Assembly: GCA_963665815.1 (NCBI GenBank)
Contig: OY762463.1
Coordinates: 3,392,001-3,456,000 of the forward strand
Source: Candidatus Cloacimonadales bacterium
GTDB lineage: Bacteria; Cloacimonadota; Cloacimonadia; Cloacimonadales; JAIOQZ01
Length of the DNA: 64,000 nt
Direction of reading: 5' to 3'
Under the pieces are notes generated by a model. The model saw only the letters and a program-made list of their open reading frames with translations. It was not told the DNA's origin and did not search any database. Positions 19,085 through 29,247 of the stretch are shown one piece after another (positions within the stretch are counted from its first letter, which is position 1; the number at the start of each line of letters is the position of its first letter). The position numbers and the translations under genes were made by a program.

Positions 19085-20515
19085 TCAATAATCGTGCTTA
19101 ACATGCATCCACTTTCCTTTGAAATAAAGATACATCCCCAGAAAAGCTGTTACAATATTTGAAATCAACATCGCATACCACAATGAATTGTACGGTTCTG
19201 ATCCTAAAGTCATACTGTTTAAAAATCCCGGTACTGCAAAGTTATATTTTTCAAGAATTTCTGTAGCTTTACCAGATATTATATAGGTCAATGGTATGCG
19301 GAGAATCCATAATCTTGTTATGTTAATGATCATTACAGGCAGCGTGTATCCGGAACCGTTAAACACTCCCCATAGCACAAAAACTACACCAAAAACTACT
19401 GAAGCAGGTGACACAATCTTGAACATTGTATGCCCAATTGCAACTACTTCAGGGTCGTTGATGAAGAACTGAGTCAGGTATGTCCCGGAAGTAAAGAGGA
19501 TTATCCCTCCCAGACCCAGAAATCCCAGAACTGCCATCAAGGCAACATGGAAGCTGTGTTTAGCTCTGGTTACGTTTTCTGCTCCAAGATTCTGTCCTAC
19601 AATTGTAGCCAGTGCATTACTTATGCCCATTGCAGGCATCATGAAGAAACCTATCATTCTATTACAGATGGAATAAGCACTCATTACGACTGTTCCGAAG
19701 GTATTGACGAATCCCTGCAGGAGTATGAACCCGAAGCTGGTAATAGATTGTGAAATTGATGCAGGAATAGCTATTTTCAGGATTGTCAGCATTAACTTGA
19801 ATCTTGGTTTTAAATCTGAAACATGAGGAATCAGTATCCTGTTTCTGCTGTATAGGAACCATAAAGCAAGGATTGAAGCAGAAACTCTGGCAATAAGTGT
19901 TGCATATCCGGCTCCGTAAATTTCCATTCTTGGGAAGAATCCCAGTCCGAAGATCAGTAATGGATCCAGAACAAAGTTAATTGATATTGAAATAAGCTGT
20001 ATTATCATAGGTGACCAGGTGTCACCAACTCCATGAGCTCCACTTTGATAGCTCAGAAAAACAAACATGAAAATCATACCGTTCAGGATAATCAGGATGT
20101 ATTTACTTGCATCTGCAAAGATTTCTTCAGGAGTATCAAGGAACTTCAGTATCGGGTCAAGACATGTATATCCTATAATTGCAAATGTTAGCATACATAG
20201 AATTGTGATGATGAAAAACTGACCGGCAACGAGTTTAACTTTCTGAAGGTTGTTTTCACCGACTGCTCTTGATATCAAAGCTGTACCTGCAATTGTGAAG
20301 CCTACTGCAAAAGAAGAAATGAAGAATACGAGTGGGAAAGCCAGACCTGTTACTGCAACAGCTTCTTTGGCTTTATCTCCGAGTTTTCCCAGCCAGAAAG
20401 TATCTGTAAGGTTATAAAAAACCTGAACAAAATTAGAAAGCATTATCGGTAACGAGAGTTTTATCAGATTACCAAAAATGCTTCCTTCTGTAAGGTTTTT
20501 CGTTTTCTGTTTCAT
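19085..20515 (-). CDS. MATE family efflux transporter
   Basis: LTEGSI..LIKLSLP, DTFWLG, GDT.SP, LDPLLIFG, VGQNLGA; ~12 TM segments. Confidence 0.9.
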   Translation of the reverse strand: MKQKTKNLTEGSIFGNLIKLSLPIMLSNFVQVFYNLTDTFWLGKLGDKAKEAVAVTGLAFPLVFFISSFAVGFTIAGTALISRAVGENNLQKVKLVAGQFFIITILCMLTFAIIGYTCLDPILKFLDTPEEIFADASKYILIILNGMIFMFVFLSYQSGAHGVGDTWSPMIIQLISISINFVLDPLLIFGLGFFPRMEIYGAGYATLIARVSASILALWFLYSRNRILIPHVSDLKPRFKLMLTILKIAIPASISQSITSFGFILLQGFVNTFGTVVMSAYSICNRMIGFFMMPAMGISNALATIVGQNLGAENVTRAKHSFHVALMAVLGFLGLGGIILFTSGTYLTQFFINDPEVVAIGHTMFKIVSPASVVFGVVFVLWGVFNGSGYTLPVMIINITRLWILRIPLTYIISGKATEILEKYNFAVPGFLNSMTLGSEPYNSLWYAMLISNIVTAFLGMYLYFKGKWMHVKHDY

Positions 20516-21345
20516 TAATAATGATATACCGATGAGATATCTACAGCCTGAATACCTTTTTCACTGTCGACAATCTTGAATTCAAAAATCTGTTCCCTGT
20601 TTGGAAGGTGTTTGAGATCAATTTCTTCCGGGAATTGAGAGTGGTGGACAAAAGCTGTGATGTAAGGTGAACCTTCATCTCGGGAGTCAGTTATCCAGGT
20701 ACCACCTGAAACGTGTTTCATAACTCGCATGAAACCAAATCCTTTGTCGTGGTAGTATGCATAACATATTCCTCTGACTCTGCTGTTCAGTTCGCCCCAT
20801 TTGATGTGTGCTTCCTCGTTTTTCTGGATAGGAAGCAGATCCGGAACTGAGTATCCTGAAAAGAACACGTCAGTTTCGTTTCTCAGTTCATGCGACACGT
20901 TCTCGAAAGCAAGAGCTTCTACTCGGCAGCCTTTACTCTGCAATGCTCTTACTACCTGAACAAAGTCACCGTCTCCTGTTACCATCAGGACATAATCCAG
21001 ACGTTCCGACTGCATCAGTGCATCAACAGCCATGTCAAGGTCAGCATTAGCTTTAGCGTAAAGTTGACCTTTTTCGTCTACAAACCATTTCACTTGTTTA
21101 ATAACTACTTTATATCCGTAATCTCTGAGTACCGCATGGAAGTTCTGAGCTTTCTTTTTGTATTCACTATTATGTATTGCTTCTTCAGCATTATATGCTA
21201 CATAGGCATTAAGTCGGATTGCAGTTCCGCGGTTGCGGCAGGCAAATTCTCTGAGGACATCATATTGTATTCCATATCCACCGTTAAGTGCAATGTTTGA
21301 TACATCAACATAAACTCCAACTCTTAAGTTTCCGCCTTTATTCAT
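20515..21345 (-). CDS. NYN (LabA/DUF88) domain protein with C-terminal cold-shock-like domain
   Basis: VYVDVSN, KANADLDMAVD, TGDGDF; C-terminal KGFGF...FVHHS. Confidence 0.8.
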   Translation of the reverse strand: MNKGGNLRVGVYVDVSNIALNGGYGIQYDVLREFACRNRGTAIRLNAYVAYNAEEAIHNSEYKKKAQNFHAVLRDYGYKVVIKQVKWFVDEKGQLYAKANADLDMAVDALMQSERLDYVLMVTGDGDFVQVVRALQSKGCRVEALAFENVSHELRNETDVFFSGYSVPDLLPIQKNEEAHIKWGELNSRVRGICYAYYHDKGFGFMRVMKHVSGGTWITDSRDEGSPYITAFVHHSQFPEEIDLKHLPNREQIFEFKIVDSEKGIQAVDISSVYHY

Positions 21346-21369
21346 TGTTTCTCCTTTGCAATTTCAATT

Positions 21370-23169
21370 CTAAGTTCTTTCAGATTTAAGTACAGCAAGG
21401 AAGGCTTCCTGAGGAACATTAACCGATCCAACTTCCTTCATTCTTTTTTTACCTTCTTTTTGTTTTTCAAGAAGTTTTTTCTTTCTGGTGATGTCACCAC
21501 CATAGCATTTTGCAGTTACATTTTTTCTCATTGCTGAAATAGTAGATCTGGCAATGATTTTACTGCCTATTGATGCCTGAAGTGCAATTTTAAATAAGTG
21601 TCTCGGGATTACTTCTCTCAGGGTCTCAGTTACACTTTTACCCCAATTGTAAGCTTTTTCCTCATGACACATGAATGACATGGCATCAACTTTTTCATTG
21701 TTTATTAAAATATCAACTTTGACAATATCTGATTTCCTGTTTTCGCGGAAAGAATAATCTAAGGAAGCATAGCCGCGGCTAACTGATTTGAGTTTATCAT
21801 AGAAATCAAAAATTATTTCAATTAACGGCATTTCATAATGCAGAGCAACTCTCTTTTCATCGATGTACTGCATATCTTTCTGAATACCGCGACGTTCCAG
21901 AGTAATCTTCATTATATTACCGACATATTCAGTAGGAACAATAATCTCCACATCCATAATCGGTTCCAAGATATAATCAATACTCACAGGATCAGGGAAG
22001 TCAACAGGATTATACACAATAATTTCTTCTCCATTGTTGAGCTTGATGACAAACTTAACACTTGGAGTTGTAGTAATAATAGGAATGTTATACTCCCGCA
22101 TCAACCTTTCTTTAACAATTTCCAGATGCAGCATACCGAGGAATCCGCAACGGAATCCATAGCCAAGGGCAAGTGAGTTTTCTTTCTCATAAACCAGAGA
22201 AGCATCATTAAGCTCCAGTTTTGCCATAGCATCAACCAGATTCTCGTAGTCATCTCCGTTAATTGGAAAAATACCGGAATAAACCATTGGTTTCGGTTCT
22301 TGAAATCCCGGAAGTGCTTTTTCACAACCGTTTTTCTTCAGAGTAACCGTGTCACCTACCATTGCATCTCCAACGTTTTTGATACCACCAATAATGTAAC
22401 CGACTTCACCGGAGGAAAGCTGATCGCCAGGTTCAAGTACAATTCCAAGATGACCGATCTCTTCGATCTGGAATGATTTACCGTTAGACATGAACTTAAT
22501 TTGATCTCCCTTTTTCAGAGTTCCATCGTACATTCTGATAAGAACAACAACACCTCTGTATACGTCATAATAAGAGTCGAAAATCAAAGCCTGAGGAGGA
22601 AGATTCTCGTCTCCTTCAGGGGATGGTATATTTTCTATAACTCCAACAAGCAGTTCTTCAATACCGATGTTCTGTTTTGCACTGATTTTGTAGACTTCTT
22701 CGGAATCAATTCCGATAGTTTCTTCAATCTCGTGGAGAACGCCTTCTATGTCTGCATTGGGTATATCTATCTTATTGAGAACAGGGACAATTTCCAGATT
22801 GTTTTCCATAGCAAGATACATGTTGCTCATTGTCTGAGCTTCAATACCTTGAGAAGCATCAACGAGAAGCAGCGCACCTTCGCAGGAAGCAAGACTTCTT
22901 GAGACTTCATAGGAAAAGTCAACGTGTCCTGGAGTATCTATCAGGTTAAGAATATATTCTTCACCATTATGTGTGTACGGCATTCGGATAGCGTGGGATT
23001 TAATTGTAATTCCTCTTTCACGTTCCAGATCCATATCGTCGAGTATCTGATCAACTCCTGAGTTAACATCAATAACTTTTGTCGTTTCAAGCAGTCTGTC
23101 AGCCAGTGTCGATTTACCATGATCAATATGAGCTATTATACAAAAGTTTCTAATATTAGTTTTCTTCAT
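21370..23169 (-). CDS. lepA: Translation elongation factor 4 (LepA)
   Basis: IRNFCIIAHIDHGKSTLADR, DTPGHVDFSYEVSRSL, KCYGGDITRKKKLLEKQKEGKKRMK. Confidence 0.98.
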   Translation of the reverse strand: MKKTNIRNFCIIAHIDHGKSTLADRLLETTKVIDVNSGVDQILDDMDLERERGITIKSHAIRMPYTHNGEEYILNLIDTPGHVDFSYEVSRSLASCEGALLLVDASQGIEAQTMSNMYLAMENNLEIVPVLNKIDIPNADIEGVLHEIEETIGIDSEEVYKISAKQNIGIEELLVGVIENIPSPEGDENLPPQALIFDSYYDVYRGVVVLIRMYDGTLKKGDQIKFMSNGKSFQIEEIGHLGIVLEPGDQLSSGEVGYIIGGIKNVGDAMVGDTVTLKKNGCEKALPGFQEPKPMVYSGIFPINGDDYENLVDAMAKLELNDASLVYEKENSLALGYGFRCGFLGMLHLEIVKERLMREYNIPIITTTPSVKFVIKLNNGEEIIVYNPVDFPDPVSIDYILEPIMDVEIIVPTEYVGNIMKITLERRGIQKDMQYIDEKRVALHYEMPLIEIIFDFYDKLKSVSRGYASLDYSFRENRKSDIVKVDILINNEKVDAMSFMCHEEKAYNWGKSVTETLREVIPRHLFKIALQASIGSKIIARSTISAMRKNVTAKCYGGDITRKKKLLEKQKEGKKRMKEVGSVNVPQEAFLAVLKSERT

Positions 23170-23205
23170 TGAGAAACCTCCAATGATACAAGAGATTTAG
23201 CTCGG

Positions 23206-23235
23206 TTTTTATGTCAATCGTTTTCGGGAAATAAT
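23206..23235 (+). repeat. 30-bp direct repeat flanking the Fic gene (other copy 24979-25008)
   Basis: tttttatgtcaatcgttttcgggaaataat vs tttttatggcaatagttttcgggaaataat; contains a minus-strand TTGACA upstream of lepA. Confidence 0.75.
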
Positions 23236-23397
23236 CCTCTAAATGCTTGTAAAAGATGAAAAAGTAGCAATTAAGTGATTGGAGGATTACATAACTCTTA
23301 TATAAGATGTGATATTTTCTTGACACAAAGTTTTTCAAAATCACTATTTAATATAATTTGTGTTTAAAATAGAATTCGGAATTTGGTGGTTATTTTA

Positions 23398-24816
23398 ATG
23401 AAAATTGATTACTATAGCGAAAGAAATGAGTCGTTTGATAATGATGATTACAGGGAAAAGATATTTGATCAAGTTTTAAAAAAACTAGAATTTGATAATA
23501 TGACCGAGGAAGCAAACATTATAGAATCTTCTAAAATATACATTGATGATTTTGGTGGTATTGATGGAGAGCAATTTTATAATCTGGTATTTTATATAGA
23601 CTTAAATTCTTATCTAAACATTTTTGATGTAGAAATGTCTGAGAAAAGAATACTGCTAGCCTTCAAGTATGTTACAAGGCATTTAACATATGAGACTGTT
23701 AATAATGTATTAATAAGACAAGAAGTAATTGTTGCGAAGAATTCTATCCCTTTGAAAGCATATAATGATTTACCTGGTCTACCACCATCAATAAACTTAA
23801 ATAAACCTAAGATTTTGAAGCACTTAATAGAAACTCATAAAGTATTAGCAGAATTGAAAGGCTTTTCTGAGAAGCTGCCTAATAAAAGTATCATTTTAAA
23901 TTCAATTGTACTACAAGAAGCTAAAGACAGTTCTGAAGTTGAAAATATTGTTACAACTCATGACGACTTGTTCAAAGCCATTGCATTTAAATACAAAAAT
24001 ATTGACCCACAAACTAAGGAAGTTGTGAATTATAAAAGAGCATTGTTTACAGGCTTGGATTTAGTAAATAGGAAACAAATGATTAGCTCAAATGTAATAA
24101 AGAAAATACAGGAGATTATTGTTGGGAATACTGGTGGTTTTAGATCTCAAATTGGAACTCAGATTAAGAATATGAGTACTAATGAAGTTGTTTATACACC
24201 GCCTGATACGAATAGAATTAATGATTTGATGGCTGAACTTACAGAATTTATGAACAGTCATTCAGGAGACTTGGATCCCCTAATCAAATTAGCTTTCATT
24301 CATTATCAGTTCGAGGCAATTCACCCTTTCTCTGATGGAAATGGAAGAACTGGTAGGATTATTAATGTGTTGTACTTGATTCTTACTAATTTACTTGAAG
24401 ATCCATTCTTGTACTTAAGCAGTTATATTATTCAAAATAAAGATGACTACTATAAGCTACTACGAGGAGTAACAGAAGAAGATAAGTGGGAAGATTGGGT
24501 AATGTATATGTTGTCAGCTGTTAGAGAAACTGCAAGTAAAACACTGTCTACCAGTAAGAGAATTATAGACTTATTTGATACAACATCAAACAAAATAAAG
24601 ATTGGCTATCCTAAAGTATACTCTAAGGAATTTATTGAGTTGCTCTTTTCAAATGTTTACACAAGAATCTCAGATGTAGAAGGATTAGGCTTTTCAAGAA
24701 ATACAGCTTCTAAGTATTTGAATATTTTGGTCGGTGATATTCTTTACAGGGAGGTAATTGGTAAGTCTGCATTGTTTATTAACAAGGATTTATTGAACTT
24801 ATTAAGAGATGGATAG
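23398..24816 (+). CDS. Fic family protein with N-terminal extension
   Basis: Fic motif HPFSDGNGRTGR; EAKDSSEVENI; C-terminal HTH-like SRNTASKYL. Confidence 0.9.
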   Translation: MKIDYYSERNESFDNDDYREKIFDQVLKKLEFDNMTEEANIIESSKIYIDDFGGIDGEQFYNLVFYIDLNSYLNIFDVEMSEKRILLAFKYVTRHLTYETVNNVLIRQEVIVAKNSIPLKAYNDLPGLPPSINLNKPKILKHLIETHKVLAELKGFSEKLPNKSIILNSIVLQEAKDSSEVENIVTTHDDLFKAIAFKYKNIDPQTKEVVNYKRALFTGLDLVNRKQMISSNVIKKIQEIIVGNTGGFRSQIGTQIKNMSTNEVVYTPPDTNRINDLMAELTEFMNSHSGDLDPLIKLAFIHYQFEAIHPFSDGNGRTGRIINVLYLILTNLLEDPFLYLSSYIIQNKDDYYKLLRGVTEEDKWEDWVMYMLSAVRETASKTLSTSKRIIDLFDTTSNKIKIGYPKVYSKEFIELLFSNVYTRISDVEGLGFSRNTASKYLNILVGDILYREVIGKSALFINKDLLNLLRDG

Positions 24817-24820
24817 TCTA

Positions 24821-24910
24821 ATGCACACATTTTGTGCATATTGAGATTTAATGCGCAAATTTTCGAATTTATTGTGCATATTGGTTGTAAATGCACAATT
24901 GTTGTGCATA
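24821..24910. repeat. Three ATGC(A/G)CA...TGTGCAT inverted pairs
   Basis: Left arms at 24821, 24851, 24891; right arms at 24833, 24873, 24903. Confidence 0.7.
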
Positions 24911-25168
24911 AATACAATGAGCTATATTAATGTTTATCTTACTAAACATCAATTTCTTCTTCTAATGATGTATCGAATTTTTTATGGCAATAGTTTTCGG
25001 GAAATAATAGAAAGGCAGGCTTTTATAACGATTAACTTGACGTACATGGAAAAAATTTATTGTGTTGGTTTTCATGCATAAGCATTAGTGTTATTCTTGG
25101 GTGGATTTAATAGGTTGTAATATTGATTCTATTCACATTTTTTAACTAAGTTATCTAATAGAGGAATA

Positions 25169-25537
25169 ATGAAAGTATTGATTTGGGTTGTAAGGATCAT
25201 TACATTATTATCAATTATCTTATTAGCTGCCATGTTTCTTATGGATAAGCAAAGATTTGATATGGTGGTACAGAACAGATATGTCTGGCGAATCTACTTG
25301 TATTTATGTGGTTCTGTGCATGAAATTAAATTAATGAAGTCATACAGGAATTTTCTACAAAGTTCCCTTGATTTACTGCCTGTTATATTAATTTGCGGAT
25401 TATCCGTATTTGTTAAAGATATCTACTTTGTGGAATTGCTGATACTCCCACTGTTCGGCTTTGTCGTTTCTACTCTGCTTCTTAAACTGAGCAGAAGAAA
25501 TGTACTGAATGATGAAGATGCATCAGAAACTAATTAG
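25169..25537 (+). CDS. Hypothetical membrane protein
   Basis: GAGGA RBS; several hydrophobic segments. Confidence 0.55.
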   Translation: MKVLIWVVRIITLLSIILLAAMFLMDKQRFDMVVQNRYVWRIYLYLCGSVHEIKLMKSYRNFLQSSLDLLPVILICGLSVFVKDIYFVELLILPLFGFVVSTLLLKLSRRNVLNDEDASETN

Positions 25538-25652
25538 TTAAACAATTGAGATATTGCAGGGCTACTGTTCATATGCGGAATCCCTGTTTTCTTTATGTCA
25601 TTATTAGAGAATGCATCTTAGGGTAATTTCGTTGCAGGTATGTGGGGAATAG

Positions 25653-25736
25653 TGACTATTGAAATAGTCATAATATACTTAAAAGTGACCAGTAGGGTAG
25701 TCGAAAACATATTAAACTTGACAATTAGGATAGTCA
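25653..25736. promoter_or_regulatory. Three 18-bp palindromic operator-like sites at 33-bp period, the third overlapping a TTGACA -35 box
   Basis: TGACTATTGAAATAGTCA (25653), TGACCAGTAGGGTAGTCG (25686), TGACAATTAGGATAGTCA (25719). Confidence 0.65.
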
Positions 25737-25762
25737 TAAATATTTTATTGTCGGGAGTTAAT

Positions 25763-26977
25763 ATGGAAATATTGAATGAATTATTCACAATCCAGAATAG
25801 GATATCAGCGTTGATACCAAGGAAATTTAGAAGGTATATAGATATTGACTGGAGTAAGAGGCTGGTGGTTATTACCGGAGCTAGGGGTACTGGAAAGACT
25901 ACACTCGTATTGCAGCACTATCTGGATAGTTTTAAGTCACCGGCAGATTGCCTGTACTTCTCAGTGGATAATCCACTTGTAGTCAAGAGTGGAATTTATG
26001 AGATTGCCAAAGCATATTTTTCATTATATGGGGATACAATCATAATTGATGAAGTTCATAAACAAAAGGACTGGTCTTTTGATGTAAAAGCTATTTATGA
26101 CTCATTTCCTGATAAGAGGATTATCATTCTCGGAAGCTCCAGACTGAATATTCTCAGTGAGAAGGGAGACTTATCCAGAAGAGCATTAATATATAATCTC
26201 AGAGGGTTATCATTCAGGGAATACATTGAGCTTAAATATAATATAAAACTACAATCATTTTCTCTTGAGGAAATACTTACAGATCATGTTGCAATAGCAT
26301 CTGCTATAACTCGGGAAGTTCCGAAGATTAAAAAGTACTTTTTTGAGTATAAGCAATATGGGTTCTACCCCTTTTTCAATGAGTACTCAAAGGATGAATA
26401 CCAACAGGTTTTACATAATGTTCTGGATAAGATTGTGTATGAAGATGTACCGAGTCTGAAGGATGTGAAAGGTTCTTCCAGTTTTGTATTTAAGAAACTG
26501 ATCGCCTATTTGGCAATGTCAAGAATCCCAACGGTTAAGGTGTCAAGCATCTGCAATGAGCTTGATATAAATAAGGAAACTTTGTATGTCTATCTGGATT
26601 TACTGGACAGAGCAGAGGTTATAAATATAATAAGAAGAGAAAAAGCATCATTGAGGTCGCTGCGGTTTTCGAAAATTATGTTGGCGAATCCCAATCTTTA
26701 CTATGCAGTAAGCCATGAAATGTGGTATCACAGTAGTGAATTAGGGAATATACGAGAATCATTCTTTGTTTCTCAGATTGGACTACCTGTTTCTGCTTCG
26801 ACATTCGTAGATTACAGTATTGGTTCCGGTACTGGTAAAATAGAAGTTGAAATAGGTGGAAAGAATAAGAATCGAAAACAGATAAAGGATTTAAAAAGTG
26901 CATATGTCTTCAAGGATGATACCGAAATTGGTTATGAAAATATAGTTCCTCTGTATCTGGCAGGTTTCTTATATTGA
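25763..26977 (+). CDS. AAA_14/DUF4143-type ATP-binding protein
   Basis: GARGTGKT, IIIDEVHK, GSS, DLSRRA, RESFF...EIGGKNK; start moved to ATG 25763 after GGGAG. Confidence 0.85.
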   Translation: MEILNELFTIQNRISALIPRKFRRYIDIDWSKRLVVITGARGTGKTTLVLQHYLDSFKSPADCLYFSVDNPLVVKSGIYEIAKAYFSLYGDTIIIDEVHKQKDWSFDVKAIYDSFPDKRIIILGSSRLNILSEKGDLSRRALIYNLRGLSFREYIELKYNIKLQSFSLEEILTDHVAIASAITREVPKIKKYFFEYKQYGFYPFFNEYSKDEYQQVLHNVLDKIVYEDVPSLKDVKGSSSFVFKKLIAYLAMSRIPTVKVSSICNELDINKETLYVYLDLLDRAEVINIIRREKASLRSLRFSKIMLANPNLYYAVSHEMWYHSSELGNIRESFFVSQIGLPVSASTFVDYSIGSGTGKIEVEIGGKNKNRKQIKDLKSAYVFKDDTEIGYENIVPLYLAGFLY

Positions 26978-27189
26978 TCAAATTTCCTACATAAGAGAAG
27001 GGATTTCCATGATAATCTAACTATTAATTGAGGATATTGTAAATGCATCTATATCTCATTGCAGTACAGGGTATTGAATGTATATTAATGAATGCCGTCT
27101 TTTAAAAAATTATTCTCTTGACTAAATTTCAGGGCATGGAAAATTGAAATAGTATATCGTGACAAAATCTAATTTAAATACGCAGGATT

Positions 27190-27654
27190 ATGAGAAAATA
27201 CAAAGAAATAATAATAAATTTAATAGCATGCGTTCTGCTAATAGGTGGAATAGCAAACTTGATTCACTTTCTTTTGGACAGTGATAGCTTGAATGTTATA
27301 CATTTTAACGACCCTGAGGACTACTTCAGAATGTTTGGTCGTATATTGGGTAATATTGGTATTTACTTTGTAAAGCCATTTTTCGGGATTGGGATATTCT
27401 CAGTGTACTTCGTGCTTTGCAGCTGGTGGATATTTAAAAGATATTTCTGGGCAGGTGTTACCGGTACAATTGCTGCATCTATTTACATACTTAGAGATAC
27501 AATGATTTTTATTAATGATATGGAGTCAACAATCGTAACTTCTCAAAGTCTGGTTGTTTTCTTTTCAAAGCTTGTTATTGCCGGGATGTGTATTGGCTTA
27601 TTGAACTCCCGTGAAATTTGTGACAGTTTTAAGCGTCAGGCAGGGGATTACTAA
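27190..27654 (+). CDS. Hypothetical membrane protein
   Basis: About four hydrophobic segments; upstream TTGACT and AGGA. Confidence 0.6.
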   Translation: MRKYKEIIINLIACVLLIGGIANLIHFLLDSDSLNVIHFNDPEDYFRMFGRILGNIGIYFVKPFFGIGIFSVYFVLCSWWIFKRYFWAGVTGTIAASIYILRDTMIFINDMESTIVTSQSLVVFFSKLVIAGMCIGLLNSREICDSFKRQAGDY

Positions 27655-27947
27655 TTCTCAAGCCTTTTTCATGCTGATAAAAGTATTTTATCTTGAAGAT
27701 AACATTGTGTTAGAATTTTCATTGTAATTTTTAACGTAAATTCTTAGTGTAATTTTATGGATTTAGATAGAAATCTATATATCGCAGACTAATAAGTAAT
27801 GGTCTTTGTATCATATGTATGTTAGAGGTTATGATATTACAAACCCATGTAAAGTTGTATTTCTCTTAAGAAAAATATCTATTGACAATTTTTCATCTAT
27901 ATTTGCATTAAAATTAGAACAATAATCCATTAAAAAAGGAGAAAGTA

Positions 27948-28151
27948 ATGGCTCGAGTTACTATTGATCCAAACTATTGTAAAGGATGTGGCCTCTGTAT
28001 AGAAGCTTGTCCGAAGAAAATCCTTCAATTCTCAGAAAACATTAATGCTAAGGGTTATCACTATTCAGAATGTAAAGATCAGGACAAATGTATTGCCTGT
28101 AAATTCTGTTACACAGTATGCCCTGATGTCGCAATCACAATCGAAAAATAA
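27948..28151 (+). CDS. 2[4Fe-4S] ferredoxin (delta) subunit of 2-oxoacid:ferredoxin oxidoreductase
   Basis: CKGCGLCIEACP and CIACKFCYTVCP. Confidence 0.92.
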   Translation: MARVTIDPNYCKGCGLCIEACPKKILQFSENINAKGYHYSECKDQDKCIACKFCYTVCPDVAITIEK

Positions 28152-28162
28152 TGGAGGGAAAT

Positions 28163-29239
28163 ATGAAAGTCTTAATGAAAGGTAATGAAGCTGTAGCAGA
28201 AGCAGCAATCCGCTCAGGATGTCGTTTATATTTTGCTTATCCTATTACACCACAGAGTGAATTGATAGAATACATGTCCAGGATGATGCCAAAAGTTAAT
28301 GGTACATTCCTTCAGGCAGAATCTGAAGTAGCAGCGATTAACATGGTTTACGGTGCATCAGGATGTGGAAAACGTGTTATGACATCATCTTCATCTCCTG
28401 GTATCTCACTCAAGTCCGAAGGTATCTCATATATTGCAGGTGCTAATCTGCCAGCAGTTATTGTAAACGTTCAGCGTGGCGGACCAGGTCTTGGTGATAT
28501 TCAGCCGGCTCAGGGAGATTATTTCCAGGCTACTAAAGGTGGTGGACACGGCGATTTCAGAATGATCGTTCTTGCTCCTGCCTCTGTTCAGGAATTTGCT
28601 GACATGGCTGCGCAGGCATTTGATCTTGCAGATAAATATCGCAATCCTGTAATGATACTCTCAGATGGTCTTCTTGGTCAGATGATGGAACCTGTTGAGT
28701 TCAAACCTGCTAAAACTGATGAAGAAATTGAAGCATTAAATAACCAGCATCTTGACTGGTGTATGTATCCAAATGAAGATGGACCAAATCATCATCATCA
28801 TGAGGTTAACTCACTTGAAATAGATCCGTTAGTGCTTGAACAACATGTTCTTAAACTTGATAAAAAGTATAAAGAAATTACAAAGAACGAACAACTTTGG
28901 GAAGAATATAATCTTGCTGAAGATAATGAAGTTCTCTGCGTAGCATTTGGAACAGCTTCCAGAATCGTAAAATCCGCAATTGATGATCTTAAAGAAGAAG
29001 GCAAGAATGTTGGACTTATTCGTCCTATTACATGCTGGCCATATCCTTACGATGCAATCAAGAAAGCTTTACACAAAAACATCAAAAAGGTTGTTGTTTT
29101 CGAACTTAACCTTGGTCAAATGGTTGAAGATGTGAAACTTGCTGTAAATGGTAAGATTCCTGTTGAGTTTATGGGTAAAGTCGGCGGTATCGTATTTACT
29201 CCGGAAGAAGTAAAAACTAAAATCGAAGAGTACTTATAG
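28163..29239 (+). CDS. vorB: 2-oxoacid:ferredoxin oxidoreductase alpha subunit (VorB-type)
   Basis: MKGNEAVAEAA, YPITPQSE, QAESEVAAINMVYGA, RGGPGLG, QATKGGGHGD. Confidence 0.9.
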   Translation: MKVLMKGNEAVAEAAIRSGCRLYFAYPITPQSELIEYMSRMMPKVNGTFLQAESEVAAINMVYGASGCGKRVMTSSSSPGISLKSEGISYIAGANLPAVIVNVQRGGPGLGDIQPAQGDYFQATKGGGHGDFRMIVLAPASVQEFADMAAQAFDLADKYRNPVMILSDGLLGQMMEPVEFKPAKTDEEIEALNNQHLDWCMYPNEDGPNHHHHEVNSLEIDPLVLEQHVLKLDKKYKEITKNEQLWEEYNLAEDNEVLCVAFGTASRIVKSAIDDLKEEGKNVGLIRPITCWPYPYDAIKKALHKNIKKVVVFELNLGQMVEDVKLAVNGKIPVEFMGKVGGIVFTPEEVKTKIEEYL

Positions 29240-29247
29240 GAGGAATA

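Noticed and set aside
24851-25081. 76-aa ORF after the Fic gene
   Set aside because: Spans the palindromic and direct repeats, has no RBS and has non-protein-like composition
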